Source: a virus. Taken from it: a stretch of DNA of 64,000 nucleotides. The stretch is from the IMG/VR virus record IMGVR_UViG_3300031963_000016, positions 32,001 to 96,000 of that record; one strand, written 5' to 3'. Position numbers and translations under genes: made by a program. The notes below the pieces were generated by a model, which was given only the letters and a program-made list of their open reading frames with translations, was not told where the DNA came from and made no database searches. Shown here piece after piece: positions 1-8,216 of the stretch (the first letter of the stretch is position 1; each line of letters opens with the position of its first letter).

Positions 1-2
1 GA

Positions 3-893
3 ACTAGATCAGTTTTAAATTTTCATCAGAGCAAACCCAAAACAAATGCATCATATATTATCCATACATTTACTTCTAGTGGAACTTTTAGGGTTGAACG
101 TGGTGGTAGAATAGAATTCATCATCGTCGGTGGAGGTGGTGGTGGAGGTGCTGGATCTGCCTCACATGCTGGAGGTGGTGGTGGAGGCGGACAAGTAATT
201 ATTGGCTCTACTGTAATTACTGCTAATCCATATAATATCGTTGTTGGAGCAGGTGGTGCTGCTGGAAATGATATTGGAGATGCAAGAGTAAACACAAATG
301 GTGGAAACAGTATCGCATTTGGATTTACTGCTTTTGGTGGTGGTGCTGGCGGAACTGCTATCACAGTAATGAACACTGGTGTAGCACTTACTAATGCGAC
401 TGGTGGTGGAGGTAGTTCTCAAACTGGTTCTACTGCAGGAGCAGTAGGTATAAATGGTCGTGGATTTGCAGGTGGCAATGGAATGACTGCATTTCCTGCT
501 GGCGGTGGTGGTGGTGGCGCAGGTGGGGCTGGTGTTGTAGCAACTGGAACTAACGCAGGAAATGGTGGAATTGGTAAATCAAATAGGATTGTAGGAATTT
601 TACCTATACCATATAGTGGTGGTGGGGAAAATGATTTCTTTACAGGAACAGAAATTTTTTATGGTGGTGGAGGTGGTGGTGGTGCTTGTGGACCTGGACC
701 ATCCTCTGCACCAATTTTAGGTGGAGTTGGTGGGAGAGGTGGTGGCGGATCCGCACCAAATTCTAATAATCAAGGTGCAGGAGCAGCTGGGCAAGCCAAC
801 ACTGGTGGTGGTGGCGCAGGTGGTTCTGGTAATTTTGTTGGTGGTGCAGGTGGTTCTGGAATCGTTATAATTCGATATTTGGTAGGTATTTAA
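3..893 (+). CDS. Glycine-rich fibre/adhesin-like protein, 5' partial (frame open from window start)
   Basis: Frame 3 reads TRSVLNF...YIIHTFTSSGTFRV...IEFIIVGGGGGGG...GGAGGSGIVIIRY, the typical phage Gly-rich domain; the ORF track start at 369 is internal. Confidence 0.8.
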   Translation, partial: TRSVLNFHQSKPKTNASYIIHTFTSSGTFRVERGGRIEFIIVGGGGGGGAGSASHAGGGGGGGQVIIGSTVITANPYNIVVGAGGAAGNDIGDARVNTNGGNSIAFGFTAFGGGAGGTAITVMNTGVALTNATGGGGSSQTGSTAGAVGINGRGFAGGNGMTAFPAGGGGGGAGGAGVVATGTNAGNGGIGKSNRIVGILPIPYSGGGENDFFTGTEIFYGGGGGGGACGPGPSSAPILGGVGGRGGGGSAPNSNNQGAGAAGQANTGGGGAGGSGNFVGGAGGSGIVIIRYLVGI

Positions 894-894
894 T

Positions 895-1245
895 ATGATA
901 ATCGATCCATTAAGCGAAAACTTTAAAAAAAGTGGACTGTGGCAAAGACTACTCGAGCACGTAGGTGGTGATGAGCAGAGTGCAATTAGATGGTGGGACA
1001 CACCATTAGGTTGTGATCCTTTTTTTGGTAGAACACCAAGAGATCTTATGACTGCTAACGAATGGGATACTGTTCGTGTATTCCTTGAGTCTAGAAATCC
1101 AGTTAGTGGTGCCATATACAATTATGGTATATCTGATCAATATATTGGCATGAATCCGACTCAAGACATGAATTCATTAAATCAATACTACTATACTAAA
1201 ACCGCTGAAGTAGTTTATCCAAAGACAAAGCGACCAAGAAAATAA
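895..1245 (+). CDS. Hypothetical protein with DUF2384 (Xre/MbcA/ParS antitoxin C-terminal)-like motif
   Basis: LLEHVGGDEQSAIRWWDTP...FFGRTPRDLM...WDTVRVFLE resembles the A..W..P...G.TP..L....V...L pattern. Confidence 0.45.
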   Translation: MIIDPLSENFKKSGLWQRLLEHVGGDEQSAIRWWDTPLGCDPFFGRTPRDLMTANEWDTVRVFLESRNPVSGAIYNYGISDQYIGMNPTQDMNSLNQYYYTKTAEVVYPKTKRPRK

Positions 1246-1261
1246 AACAGGTGAAGATATT

Positions 1262-1540
1262 ATGCATCCTTTGATTAAACAGTTATACAATCAGTCATAT
1301 AAACATGAAGATGGTGCCAAAGTATGGCACGACCAAATTTTTGATATCGAAGCATTTGCACAGCGTATCGTATTTCGCTGTGCAATGACTGCCAAAACAG
1401 CACTTGCAGAAGGTAGAGATCCGTACGAAGAAATACTTACAAAGTATGGAACAGAAACGCAAGTCGCATCAGAATCACGCACATTGCAGATAAAAAATGG
1501 TGAGTGCCCAGAGGTGGGTGAACCAAACGAACTAATTTGA
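1262..1540 (+). CDS. Hypothetical protein
   Basis: 92-aa ORF in a tightly packed + strand operon, GGTGA upstream. Confidence 0.6.
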   Translation: MHPLIKQLYNQSYKHEDGAKVWHDQIFDIEAFAQRIVFRCAMTAKTALAEGRDPYEEILTKYGTETQVASESRTLQIKNGECPEVGEPNELI

Positions 1541-1547
1541 GATTGCA

Positions 1548-1901
1548 ATGGAAGCATACGATCCAATTACTGGTTCGATAGTACCTCTCAATACAGAAGC
1601 AAAACAATATACACCATATACAGTTGGCGAAGATACAAGATTGGTAGAATTAGTTGTCTTTCAACGTGGAAAAAGAGTAGAATGTTATGAGTGGGATGAA
1701 GATCTTTGGATTGAGTCTGCAACGGATATGTTTGCTCTTACTTCGCCGAAAATGCAAGATAAACGTGTAAGGATTATCGATAGCAAAAAGTGGATGAGGG
1801 GTAAAAAGATAGAGTTAGCACCCATTCTAAAATGTTTCGTCTGCGGTAAACCTACATGTCGTGGTGAATGCGACGAGGATAGATTCTTAGGATTAATATG
1901 A
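1548..1901 (+). CDS. Hypothetical protein with C-terminal CxxC...C...C putative Zn finger
   Basis: 117-aa ORF ending KCFVCGKPTCRGEC. Confidence 0.6.
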   Translation: MEAYDPITGSIVPLNTEAKQYTPYTVGEDTRLVELVVFQRGKRVECYEWDEDLWIESATDMFALTSPKMQDKRVRIIDSKKWMRGKKIELAPILKCFVCGKPTCRGECDEDRFLGLI

Positions 1902-1977
1902 ATTGCTGCAATCATAACTGTCGTCAGGGTAGAGACTGTCCGTATCGTATAAATTATTGGGAGGAGAGAATCAGACC

Positions 1978-2187
1978 ATGGATATTAAAGATTATCAAAA
2001 GATGCCAGAGAAGGCACTAACATTTGAAGAGTGGAAGGGAAGCGTAGCACCACCTGTAGATGATGAATTTATGAAATCTGTGCAAAGAATGCATGGAGTT
2101 GACTACAAGAAAGAATTTGACGAGATGTTACGTAAAGAATACGAAGAGTATCTAGACAATCTAAATGGAAGTTGGTTATTAAAATGA
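1978..2187 (+). CDS. Hypothetical protein
   Basis: GGAGAG upstream of ATG 1978; overlaps the next gene by 4 nt. Confidence 0.6.
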   Translation: MDIKDYQKMPEKALTFEEWKGSVAPPVDDEFMKSVQRMHGVDYKKEFDEMLRKEYEEYLDNLNGSWLLK

Positions 2188-2372
2188 TCACTAAAGAAAA
2201 ACTTGAGCATCATATCTCGCATCTTCAAGAACAGCATCGTGCGTTGGATAAAGAAATCACAGAGTTGGATTGTCACTGGGATGAGTCGGTCGAGTGTCAT
2301 AAATTAAAAAAGAAACGACTTAAATTAAAAGACGAAATCGAAAAGTGTCGAAAACAATTAACTTTATTGTAG
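2184..2372 (+). CDS. DUF465/YdcH-like coiled-coil protein
   Basis: HLQEQHRALDKEI...LKKKRLKLKDEI. Confidence 0.7.
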   Translation: MITKEKLEHHISHLQEQHRALDKEITELDCHWDESVECHKLKKKRLKLKDEIEKCRKQLTLL

Positions 2373-2451
2373 GAGTTGCGATTACATTTGGACTGCTAAT
2401 GTTAGTAATTCCAGGGATCGGTATTCTTTTTGGATTGTTGAGGAAACTACT

Positions 2452-2619
2452 ATGAGTAATTTTGCACGCTGGATCATCGGACTATTAACAGTAGTATTTT
2501 TTCCTTTTACAATTGCAATACTAGCTGCCTATGCCATACTCTATAAAATTCCAGTATTCGTCGGATATATCGTAGAGGATATCATAAATGGAGTAAGAGA
2601 GAAGTGGTCGGAGAAATAA
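2452..2619 (+). CDS. Small membrane protein (not in ORF track)
   Basis: Manual translation MSNFARWIIGLLTVVFFPFTIAILAAYAILYKIPVFVG... Confidence 0.45.
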   Translation: MSNFARWIIGLLTVVFFPFTIAILAAYAILYKIPVFVGYIVEDIINGVREKWSEK

Positions 2620-2682
2620 TAATTGCAATTATTGTTGCAGCATTTATAGGATTTTTAATCTACTGTGGAGATCATTTAAACG

Positions 2683-2889
2683 ATGAGTGATGCAAAGATT
2701 ATCATTATCAAAGATTTGCTCGATACCAAAGCGAGAAAAGAACGAGAGTTAGCCTATTATCAAGAAGAATTACGTAAGTTAGAAGAAAAAATGCACTGGC
2801 TACGTATGGAAATTAAACTAACCAGTGATATCATAAACATGATCGAAAAAGAGAAAATGGTCGATATAATGGAAATGATAAAGAAATGA
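2683..2889 (+). CDS. Hypothetical coiled-coil protein
   Basis: 68-aa ORF, ATGA overlap with the next ORF. Confidence 0.6.
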   Translation: MSDAKIIIIKDLLDTKARKERELAYYQEELRKLEEKMHWLRMEIKLTSDIINMIEKEKMVDIMEMIKK

Positions 2890-3044
2890 AACTTATACAG
2901 TATAGAGACGCTGGTCTGCATACCTATACCTACTTCTGGGTAAACGAGGATAATAAAGTAATAAGTCCTTACTTTGATACTGCGGCAGAGGCAGAAAAAT
3001 GGATGCAATCTTGGGAAGAGTGGAAACCGAGTAGAGATCTATGA
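2886..3044 (+). CDS. Small hypothetical protein (not in ORF track)
   Basis: MKLIQYRDAGLHTYTYFWVNEDNKVISPYF...; ATGA overlaps at both ends. Confidence 0.55.
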   Translation: MKLIQYRDAGLHTYTYFWVNEDNKVISPYFDTAAEAEKWMQSWEEWKPSRDL

Positions 3045-3379
3045 AATTCTGGAGTGAATTATCGCATAACGATAAAATTTCTGTCTTACTTGGATTGCTC
3101 GGTGTCTCAGTATTTACAATTATTATACTCTATGCATTCCTAGTATCTCGTGGAAACGATGTTGACTACTTTAAGTCTCGTATTGATATGGTCGATCAAC
3201 GAACTCTCTATATGGACTCAAAGATCGATAAAATGAGTGAGAAACTTGCAGATTATCGATCGCAGTTAAATGAGTTACGTAGAAAAGAGGACGAACTCGA
3301 GAAACGTCTAGATGCATATGGTCACTGGATCGAGTACTGGAAAACTTTACCACAACTACCAAAACCACCAAAAAGATGA
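3041..3379 (+). CDS. Membrane-anchored coiled-coil protein
   Basis: N-terminal hydrophobic helix followed by heptad-rich region. Confidence 0.6.
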   Translation: MKFWSELSHNDKISVLLGLLGVSVFTIIILYAFLVSRGNDVDYFKSRIDMVDQRTLYMDSKIDKMSEKLADYRSQLNELRRKEDELEKRLDAYGHWIEYWKTLPQLPKPPKR

Positions 3380-3540
3380 GCGTCTGGATTCTTGTAGTCA
3401 TTCTAAATGGACAGTCTGCAGACTTTCCTACACATCACAAGACTAATGCATCCTGCGAAGAACATCGTAAACTTGTCGAACGTGCTCTAAAGCAAGCAGA
3501 ATCCACTGCCACAGTACGTTGCGAGTGGCGTACTCTATAG
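3376..3540 (+). CDS. Small protein with hydrophobic N-terminus and two Cys (not in ORF track)
   Basis: MSVWILVVILNG...SCEEH...VRCEW; ATGA overlap. Confidence 0.5.
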   Translation: MSVWILVVILNGQSADFPTHHKTNASCEEHRKLVERALKQAESTATVRCEWRTL

Positions 3541-3568
3541 TCTATTCTTATTTCCTCGGGTCGAAAAA

Positions 3569-3796
3569 ATGAACAACACAATAAAATCAAGAGATAATGA
3601 TTTCGAAGTCTTACCAATGGACGAATACAGTGGTCTACCATCTCCAGAAGCATATGAAGATAAGACAGTCGATCACGATGATCCAGAGAGAATCGAATTC
3701 GAGAGAAAAAGAAATGCATCATTGGAAGAGTATCGTAAACAAGCGATGGAACTCTGGAATGATTCCTGCACGAGTGTAAGAAAAGAAAATGTATGA
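3569..3796 (+). CDS. Hypothetical protein
   Basis: 75-aa ORF, ATGA overlap with next. Confidence 0.5.
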   Translation: MNNTIKSRDNDFEVLPMDEYSGLPSPEAYEDKTVDHDDPERIEFERKRNASLEEYRKQAMELWNDSCTSVRKENV

Positions 3797-3957
3797 AGTA
3801 CTATTGCAATTGTTGGTTATGCACGAGAGCAAAGACTAAGAAAGCACTTGCCAGAGAGAAAGAAAAGCGTTTATTTAGGTGTCGCTCTCGCATGGTGGAC
3901 AGACTCGAGGAAAAATCGGAAATGCAACGAATACAAGCGAACAGGCATGGCGTATAA
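3793..3957 (+). CDS. Small basic protein (not in ORF track)
   Basis: MKYYCNCWLCTRAKTKKALAREKEKRLFRCR... Confidence 0.4.
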   Translation: MKYYCNCWLCTRAKTKKALAREKEKRLFRCRSRMVDRLEEKSEMQRIQANRHGV

Positions 3958-4240
3958 AGAAAAAATCTGCCCAAAGTGCCAAGCCAAGCATAATAAGCGT
4001 GGTGAGTTCTGCTCTCGTAGCTGTGGTAATACACGAAAGCACACGAAGGAAACGAAACAGAAAATCGCTGATGCACAACGAGCATACCTGACTAGTGGCA
4101 CTGAACCTGCTGAAGTCGCCAAGCATAACTTTATCTCTAAGCGTAATAATGGTGATCCTGATCCGATTCCACCGATGAAACCGATTGATCTCGGTAGTGG
4201 GCGATTTGTTCAAGATGGTGATATTTGGGAAGAAGCCTAA
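3947..4240 (+). CDS. Zn-finger + NUMOD3-like DNA-binding protein
   Basis: CPKC...FCSRSC and KHTKETKQKIADA motifs; no nuclease domain. Confidence 0.55.
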   Translation: MAYKEKICPKCQAKHNKRGEFCSRSCGNTRKHTKETKQKIADAQRAYLTSGTEPAEVAKHNFISKRNNGDPDPIPPMKPIDLGSGRFVQDGDIWEEA

Positions 4241-4261
4241 TTGCAATATTGCAAAAAAGAT

Positions 4262-4290
4262 TTGACATTTATTTGACTTTGAGCGAGAAT
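4262..4290 (+). promoter_or_regulatory. Sigma70-type early promoter
   Basis: TTGACA-N17-GAGAAT, preceded by TGCAAAAAA tract and a 14-bp palindrome at 4241-4254. Confidence 0.55.
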
Positions 4291-4319
4291 TCGGTGTTAC
4301 CCTTTGATATGGAATAAAC

Positions 4320-4466
4320 ATGTTTGAACTTAAAATCACTACCGAGCTAAACGAAGTAGTTACTTACTTTGGAGACGCTGAGACTGTCTCTGAGACCGTA
4401 AGAGAGTGGTTACTTACTTCCGATGAGACCCCTATCTATGGGCTAGAAATAACCCCCAAAGACTGA
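4320..4466 (+). CDS. Small hypothetical protein (not in ORF track)
   Basis: MFELKITTELNEVVTYFGDAETV...; directly downstream of the promoter. Confidence 0.45.
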   Translation: MFELKITTELNEVVTYFGDAETVSETVREWLLTSDETPIYGLEITPKD

Positions 4467-4485
4467 GGGTTTTTCCAGAAATCTG

Positions 4486-4514
4486 TTGTCGGAAATTCGC
4501 AATTAGAGAATAAT
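4486..4514 (+). promoter_or_regulatory. Possible sigma70-type promoter for the AAA gene
   Basis: TTGTCG-N17-AATAAT. Confidence 0.4.
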
Positions 4515-4546
4515 CTCTCTTATTGAATGATTATGAAGGAATGTGA

Positions 4547-5443
4547 ATGAAAGTCTCTGCTGTTGAATTTGATGCTAAATCGGGTAACTATTTCGCTATG
4601 GTCGGTTCCAAGAAAATCAAGTCTTACTCGAAAGCATACGTCGAGCGTCGTGTAAAAGCGATGGTTGGCGACATTGAGACTGCAGTCGCTGTTGCCACTG
4701 AAAAGCAGAATCGCTACGGCATTAATGAGCGATTCGGGTTTGTTGAGAAACTGGTCACGATGGTTGCGACTGGTGTTCAACCCTCTGCTGTCATTACTGG
4801 TGAAGGTGGTCTGGGTAAGACCTACACTGTGACCAAGACTTTGGAAGCCCATGGCTACAAAGACATCTCTGATCTGGCTGACTTTCAAGTTGGTTCGATT
4901 ATCAATACTCGGAAATGCTTTACGATGGTAAAGGGTTTCTCGACTGCCAAGGGTCTGTATCGGACTCTCTTCGAAAACAACAAGTCCATTATCGTGTTCG
5001 ATGACTGTGACGCTGTTCTGAAAGATCCCGTCGCACTGAATCTTCTGAAGGGTGCACTCGACTCTTACGGTAAACGCATCATCTCCTGGAATGCCGATAT
5101 GCGTGACGAAGACCTCCCTCGCTCCTTTAACTTCGAAGGTCGTGTGATCTTTATCTCGAACATGGATCAAGATCGTATCGATCAAGCCATTCGTAGTCGT
5201 TCGATGATGATTGATCTGTCGATGACTCTCGACCAGAAGATCGATCGCATGGAGTTTATTGCAAAGAGTGATGAATTCCTGCCTGAGTATGATGACATCT
5301 CTAAGAGTGATGCCCTCTCTCTGATTCGTGAACTGAAGACCGAATGCAAAGAGATATCTCTCCGTACTCTGATCTCTGTTACGAAGATTCGTGCCAGTAA
5401 CAAAGACTGGAAAGACCTTGCTACCTACATGTTGACTGCCTAA
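4547..5443 (+). CDS. AAA+ family P-loop ATPase
   Basis: Walker A GEGGLGKT, Walker B IIVFDDCD, VIFISN sensor, AIRSRS Arg-finger-like. Confidence 0.85.
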   Translation: MKVSAVEFDAKSGNYFAMVGSKKIKSYSKAYVERRVKAMVGDIETAVAVATEKQNRYGINERFGFVEKLVTMVATGVQPSAVITGEGGLGKTYTVTKTLEAHGYKDISDLADFQVGSIINTRKCFTMVKGFSTAKGLYRTLFENNKSIIVFDDCDAVLKDPVALNLLKGALDSYGKRIISWNADMRDEDLPRSFNFEGRVIFISNMDQDRIDQAIRSRSMMIDLSMTLDQKIDRMEFIAKSDEFLPEYDDISKSDALSLIRELKTECKEISLRTLISVTKIRASNKDWKDLATYMLTA

Positions 5444-5454
5444 GGAGATTGATT

Positions 5455-5664
5455 ATGATGCGAGTAATTGTGAATGGTGTGTCCTTCTATACTACAGAGA
5501 GTAGAGTAAAGAGTGGTGTGGGCTCTGATACTACAGTCAATTCAGCGATTCGTGCTGTGTATGGTCTACTGAAGAAGAAGGAACAAGGGATTGCAAGTCG
5601 AGTGGCAGTATATAATCACAAGATGCAACAGCAATATTTCGATGTGCAAATTGATAGACTGTAA
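5455..5664 (+). CDS. Hypothetical protein
   Basis: AAGGAG SD upstream. Confidence 0.6.
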   Translation: MMRVIVNGVSFYTTESRVKSGVGSDTTVNSAIRAVYGLLKKKEQGIASRVAVYNHKMQQQYFDVQIDRL

Positions 5665-5675
5665 GGAGTGTTATA

Positions 5676-5915
5676 ATGGGTTATTTTAGTAATTTGTCTG
5701 TGGATATTATAGAGGCATATGAGGATGGTATGGACATTACATTAATTGCTACAAAAATGGGTGTATCACCAGAAGAAGTACGTGATATAATAGAAGCATA
5801 CGAGGACGGTAATTACGATGCTGATCCTGGTGAGATGGATGGGGATTTTGATTCTGCCATGGCATCTGCTGGTTTCGGTACAGACGAAGATTATGGTTAT
5901 TATGGTGATGAGTAA
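5676..5915 (+). CDS. Acidic protein with HTH-like N-terminus
   Basis: IATKMGVSPEEVRDII; C-terminal DSAMASAGFGTDEDYGYY; AAGGAG SD. Confidence 0.65.
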   Translation: MGYFSNLSVDIIEAYEDGMDITLIATKMGVSPEEVRDIIEAYEDGNYDADPGEMDGDFDSAMASAGFGTDEDYGYYGDE

Positions 5916-6010
5916 TCTGTAGAGGGATAGGGGCATTATCTGTATTTCAAGGGACTCCTACCTCATCTCCTAAGCCGACTTTAACCCCACCACACATTTA
6001 TATCAAAGTC

Positions 6011-6181
6011 ATGATTCAATTTCTAATCTCTGCGGGACTCCTGTTCTTAGGATTTTTCTTTCTTTTTACAGGATCCTATTGGTGGGCACTTCTTGCATTT
6101 GCTTGTTCGATATCCATTACAATTACAATTCTTTGTATTCTTGCAGTAATAATGTTTTCGTTGTCTTTAATTGTATTTTGA
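6011..6181 (+). CDS. Very hydrophobic small membrane protein (not in ORF track)
   Basis: 56 codons, almost all hydrophobic (two TM-length segments). Confidence 0.35.
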   Translation: MIQFLISAGLLFLGFFFLFTGSYWWALLAFACSISITITILCILAVIMFSLSLIVF

Positions 6182-6189
6182 TGTATAAT
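6161..6189 (+). promoter_or_regulatory. Sigma70-type early promoter
   Basis: TTGTCT-N17-TATAAT with TG just before the -10. Confidence 0.7.
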
Positions 6190-6278
6190 CTCTATAGGGT
6201 TGCATGATATGAAATCCATTTTTTGCAAAAAATTCCCGAGAAAAATTTTTGATGTCTAACCTTTGTTATGGAGTTTTT

Positions 6279-6689
6279 ATGAAAAAAGCGATGTTGCATG
6301 GTAGAGTTCTTAAAGACTATTATGTGGATAATGATGGCTATATTTGGAAACTAAAGGATAATTATTATCGTAGTGTTTCTACATGTATCGGTGGCGGAAA
6401 CAGATACCCTAGAGTAAGTCTATATGAAGCATATAGTGATGGTGCGATAAAAACATCTACATATGCACATAAGATTGTGTGTGAGACTTTTCATTCATTT
6501 CCGATTCCCGAAGGAGTCACAAAGAAAGAATGGGATAATACGCCAGAGTCGGTTAAGATTAGACTTAATGAATTATATCAAGTCAATCATATAGATCATG
6601 ATCCAGAGAATTATCATCCATCTAATTTAGAATGGGTAACCGTAAAACAGAATCAAAGAAAATATCAGGAACATAGTCGGAGAAAATAA
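6279..6689 (+). CDS. Free-standing HNH homing endonuclease
   Basis: AHKIVCETF...QVNHIDHDPENYHPSNLEWVTVKQN; GGAG SD. Confidence 0.85.
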   Translation: MKKAMLHGRVLKDYYVDNDGYIWKLKDNYYRSVSTCIGGGNRYPRVSLYEAYSDGAIKTSTYAHKIVCETFHSFPIPEGVTKKEWDNTPESVKIRLNELYQVNHIDHDPENYHPSNLEWVTVKQNQRKYQEHSRRK

Positions 6690-6786
6690 ATGAAGCACAT
6701 CGAAACTTTTTTGGTATTTTGTGTAATTCAACCAGCGTTATTGCTATTTGCTATCTTTGTTTTTATTAGTGGATTTTGGAGTTAAT

Positions 6787-6993
6787 ATGAAAGAACAATA
6801 TTTTAATTTTTTGGATGCCCTAAGAGACAGTGGACAGACTAATATGTTTGGTGCTGGTCCATGGCTACAGCGAGCATTTGGACTGGAACGACACGAAGCA
6901 AAAGACATTGTATTAGAATGGATGAATACCTATGGCGAACGTAAAGCAAGGAAACTCGACAAGACCACCACAGTGGTGGAAACATCTACGTGA
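6787..6993 (+). CDS. Conserved phage hypothetical protein
   Basis: LDALRDSGQTNMFGAGPWL motif; GGAG SD. Confidence 0.65.
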   Translation: MKEQYFNFLDALRDSGQTNMFGAGPWLQRAFGLERHEAKDIVLEWMNTYGERKARKLDKTTTVVETST

Positions 6994-7062
6994 ATGGAAG
7001 CGAGTCTTCTGGAAGAAAGAACGTAAGGCACAGAAGAAAGATATCAAACAACGGAGTGAAGA

Positions 7063-7251
7063 ATGAGGATTGTGCTACTTTGTTTATTGTTGACAGGGTG
7101 TTCACACTACAAACATAGTGTGCAAATGAAAGATTTGTATATCGATAACTCTGTAAATAATTTTTCAGGAAATCCTTGTACTCTCTGGCTTAACGATCGT
7201 TGTATAATTGTAAAGCCAACTCCAAGAGATCCAGAAAGGACATCGAAATGA
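7063..7251 (+). CDS. Small lipoprotein
   Basis: MRIVLLCLLLTGC lipobox. Confidence 0.6.
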   Translation: MRIVLLCLLLTGCSHYKHSVQMKDLYIDNSVNNFSGNPCTLWLNDRCIIVKPTPRDPERTSK

Positions 7252-8216
7252 AAGGTCTTGAACTTGATTGGGAAACGGCAGATCGTATTACTTTACTCTG
7301 CCTAAAAGATCAACTAAATTATCTAACAGAAGAATTACGTACACATCGTGAAGATGGGCATTGGATGCATCCAGAAGATGTAATGAAGTCAGAAGAATAT
7401 ATTCCTGCATTAAAACTCTTAATTGCTTACTACGGAGGATAAATGAGACCGATAGTAGTTCGTTGTCGTAACAAGATTGTAATTCATATTGATCGTTATT
7501 ATAGACCACTTGCGATCTATCGTGATTCGACTTGTTTCTCTGATCCAGATCCACGTTTTGAGTATATTAGTGAGGAACAATGGAAAACATTACAACGAAC
7601 TCTTTGGAGTGAAGAATAGGAGATAATTATGTGGCGTTATGTATTTAATAATCTACAAGTAAAAGTGGCAATGACAGTAGATGCCGAAGATGATGAGATA
7701 GCATGGGCAGAGTTAAAGAAACTTTGGAATAAAGCAGCAGAACTAAAGATTGATTTACCACCAATTGACACGTTTGCAATCGTGCACAAAACAATATTAT
7801 GAAGCCTAAGATTTTAGAGATATTCGAGAAGCATAACATATCTGTTGAATATGAACAGGCAGAATCTATTATAAACGATATTATTGAAGAATGCATATTT
7901 ACATTCTTAATGAACTATCAAGGCAAACTAAATCCGATTGAGTTAAAACAACTATTGGATGAACAATTTGGTATTAATCTATTTTATTATAAAGATGAGT
8001 GATATGAATAATATGCAACTTGAGGAATTATCTTACGAGATCGATGATCTTTTACTTGGATTGTCAAATAAGTATCATTGCTCTGGATTATCTCTCTGTT
8101 CAATCCTAATCGCTCGTATGATGAGACTCTCTATGGAGACTGGTTCTCTTGATGATCTTAAATCAATTATGGCACTTGCCACGCAACACAAAGAAGAAAA
8201 GAAAGTTTTACAATGA
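7248..8216 (+). other. Run of five small co-oriented hypothetical ORFs (7248-7442, 7443-7619, 7629-7802, 7799-8002, 7995-8216)
   Basis: Abutting or overlapping starts and stops; two translated manually. Confidence 0.55.

Noticed and set aside
26-422. Pro-rich and Thr/Ser-rich minus-strand ORFs
   Set aside because: Antisense shadows of the GGT-rich + strand gene
3041-3540. Possible i-spanin/o-spanin pair
   Set aside because: The second ORF has no lipobox and the pair lies in an early region; unsupported
4520-5403. Minus-strand ORFs opposite the AAA ATPase
   Set aside because: The + strand has Walker motifs, SD and promoter; higher GC3 explains the open antisense frame
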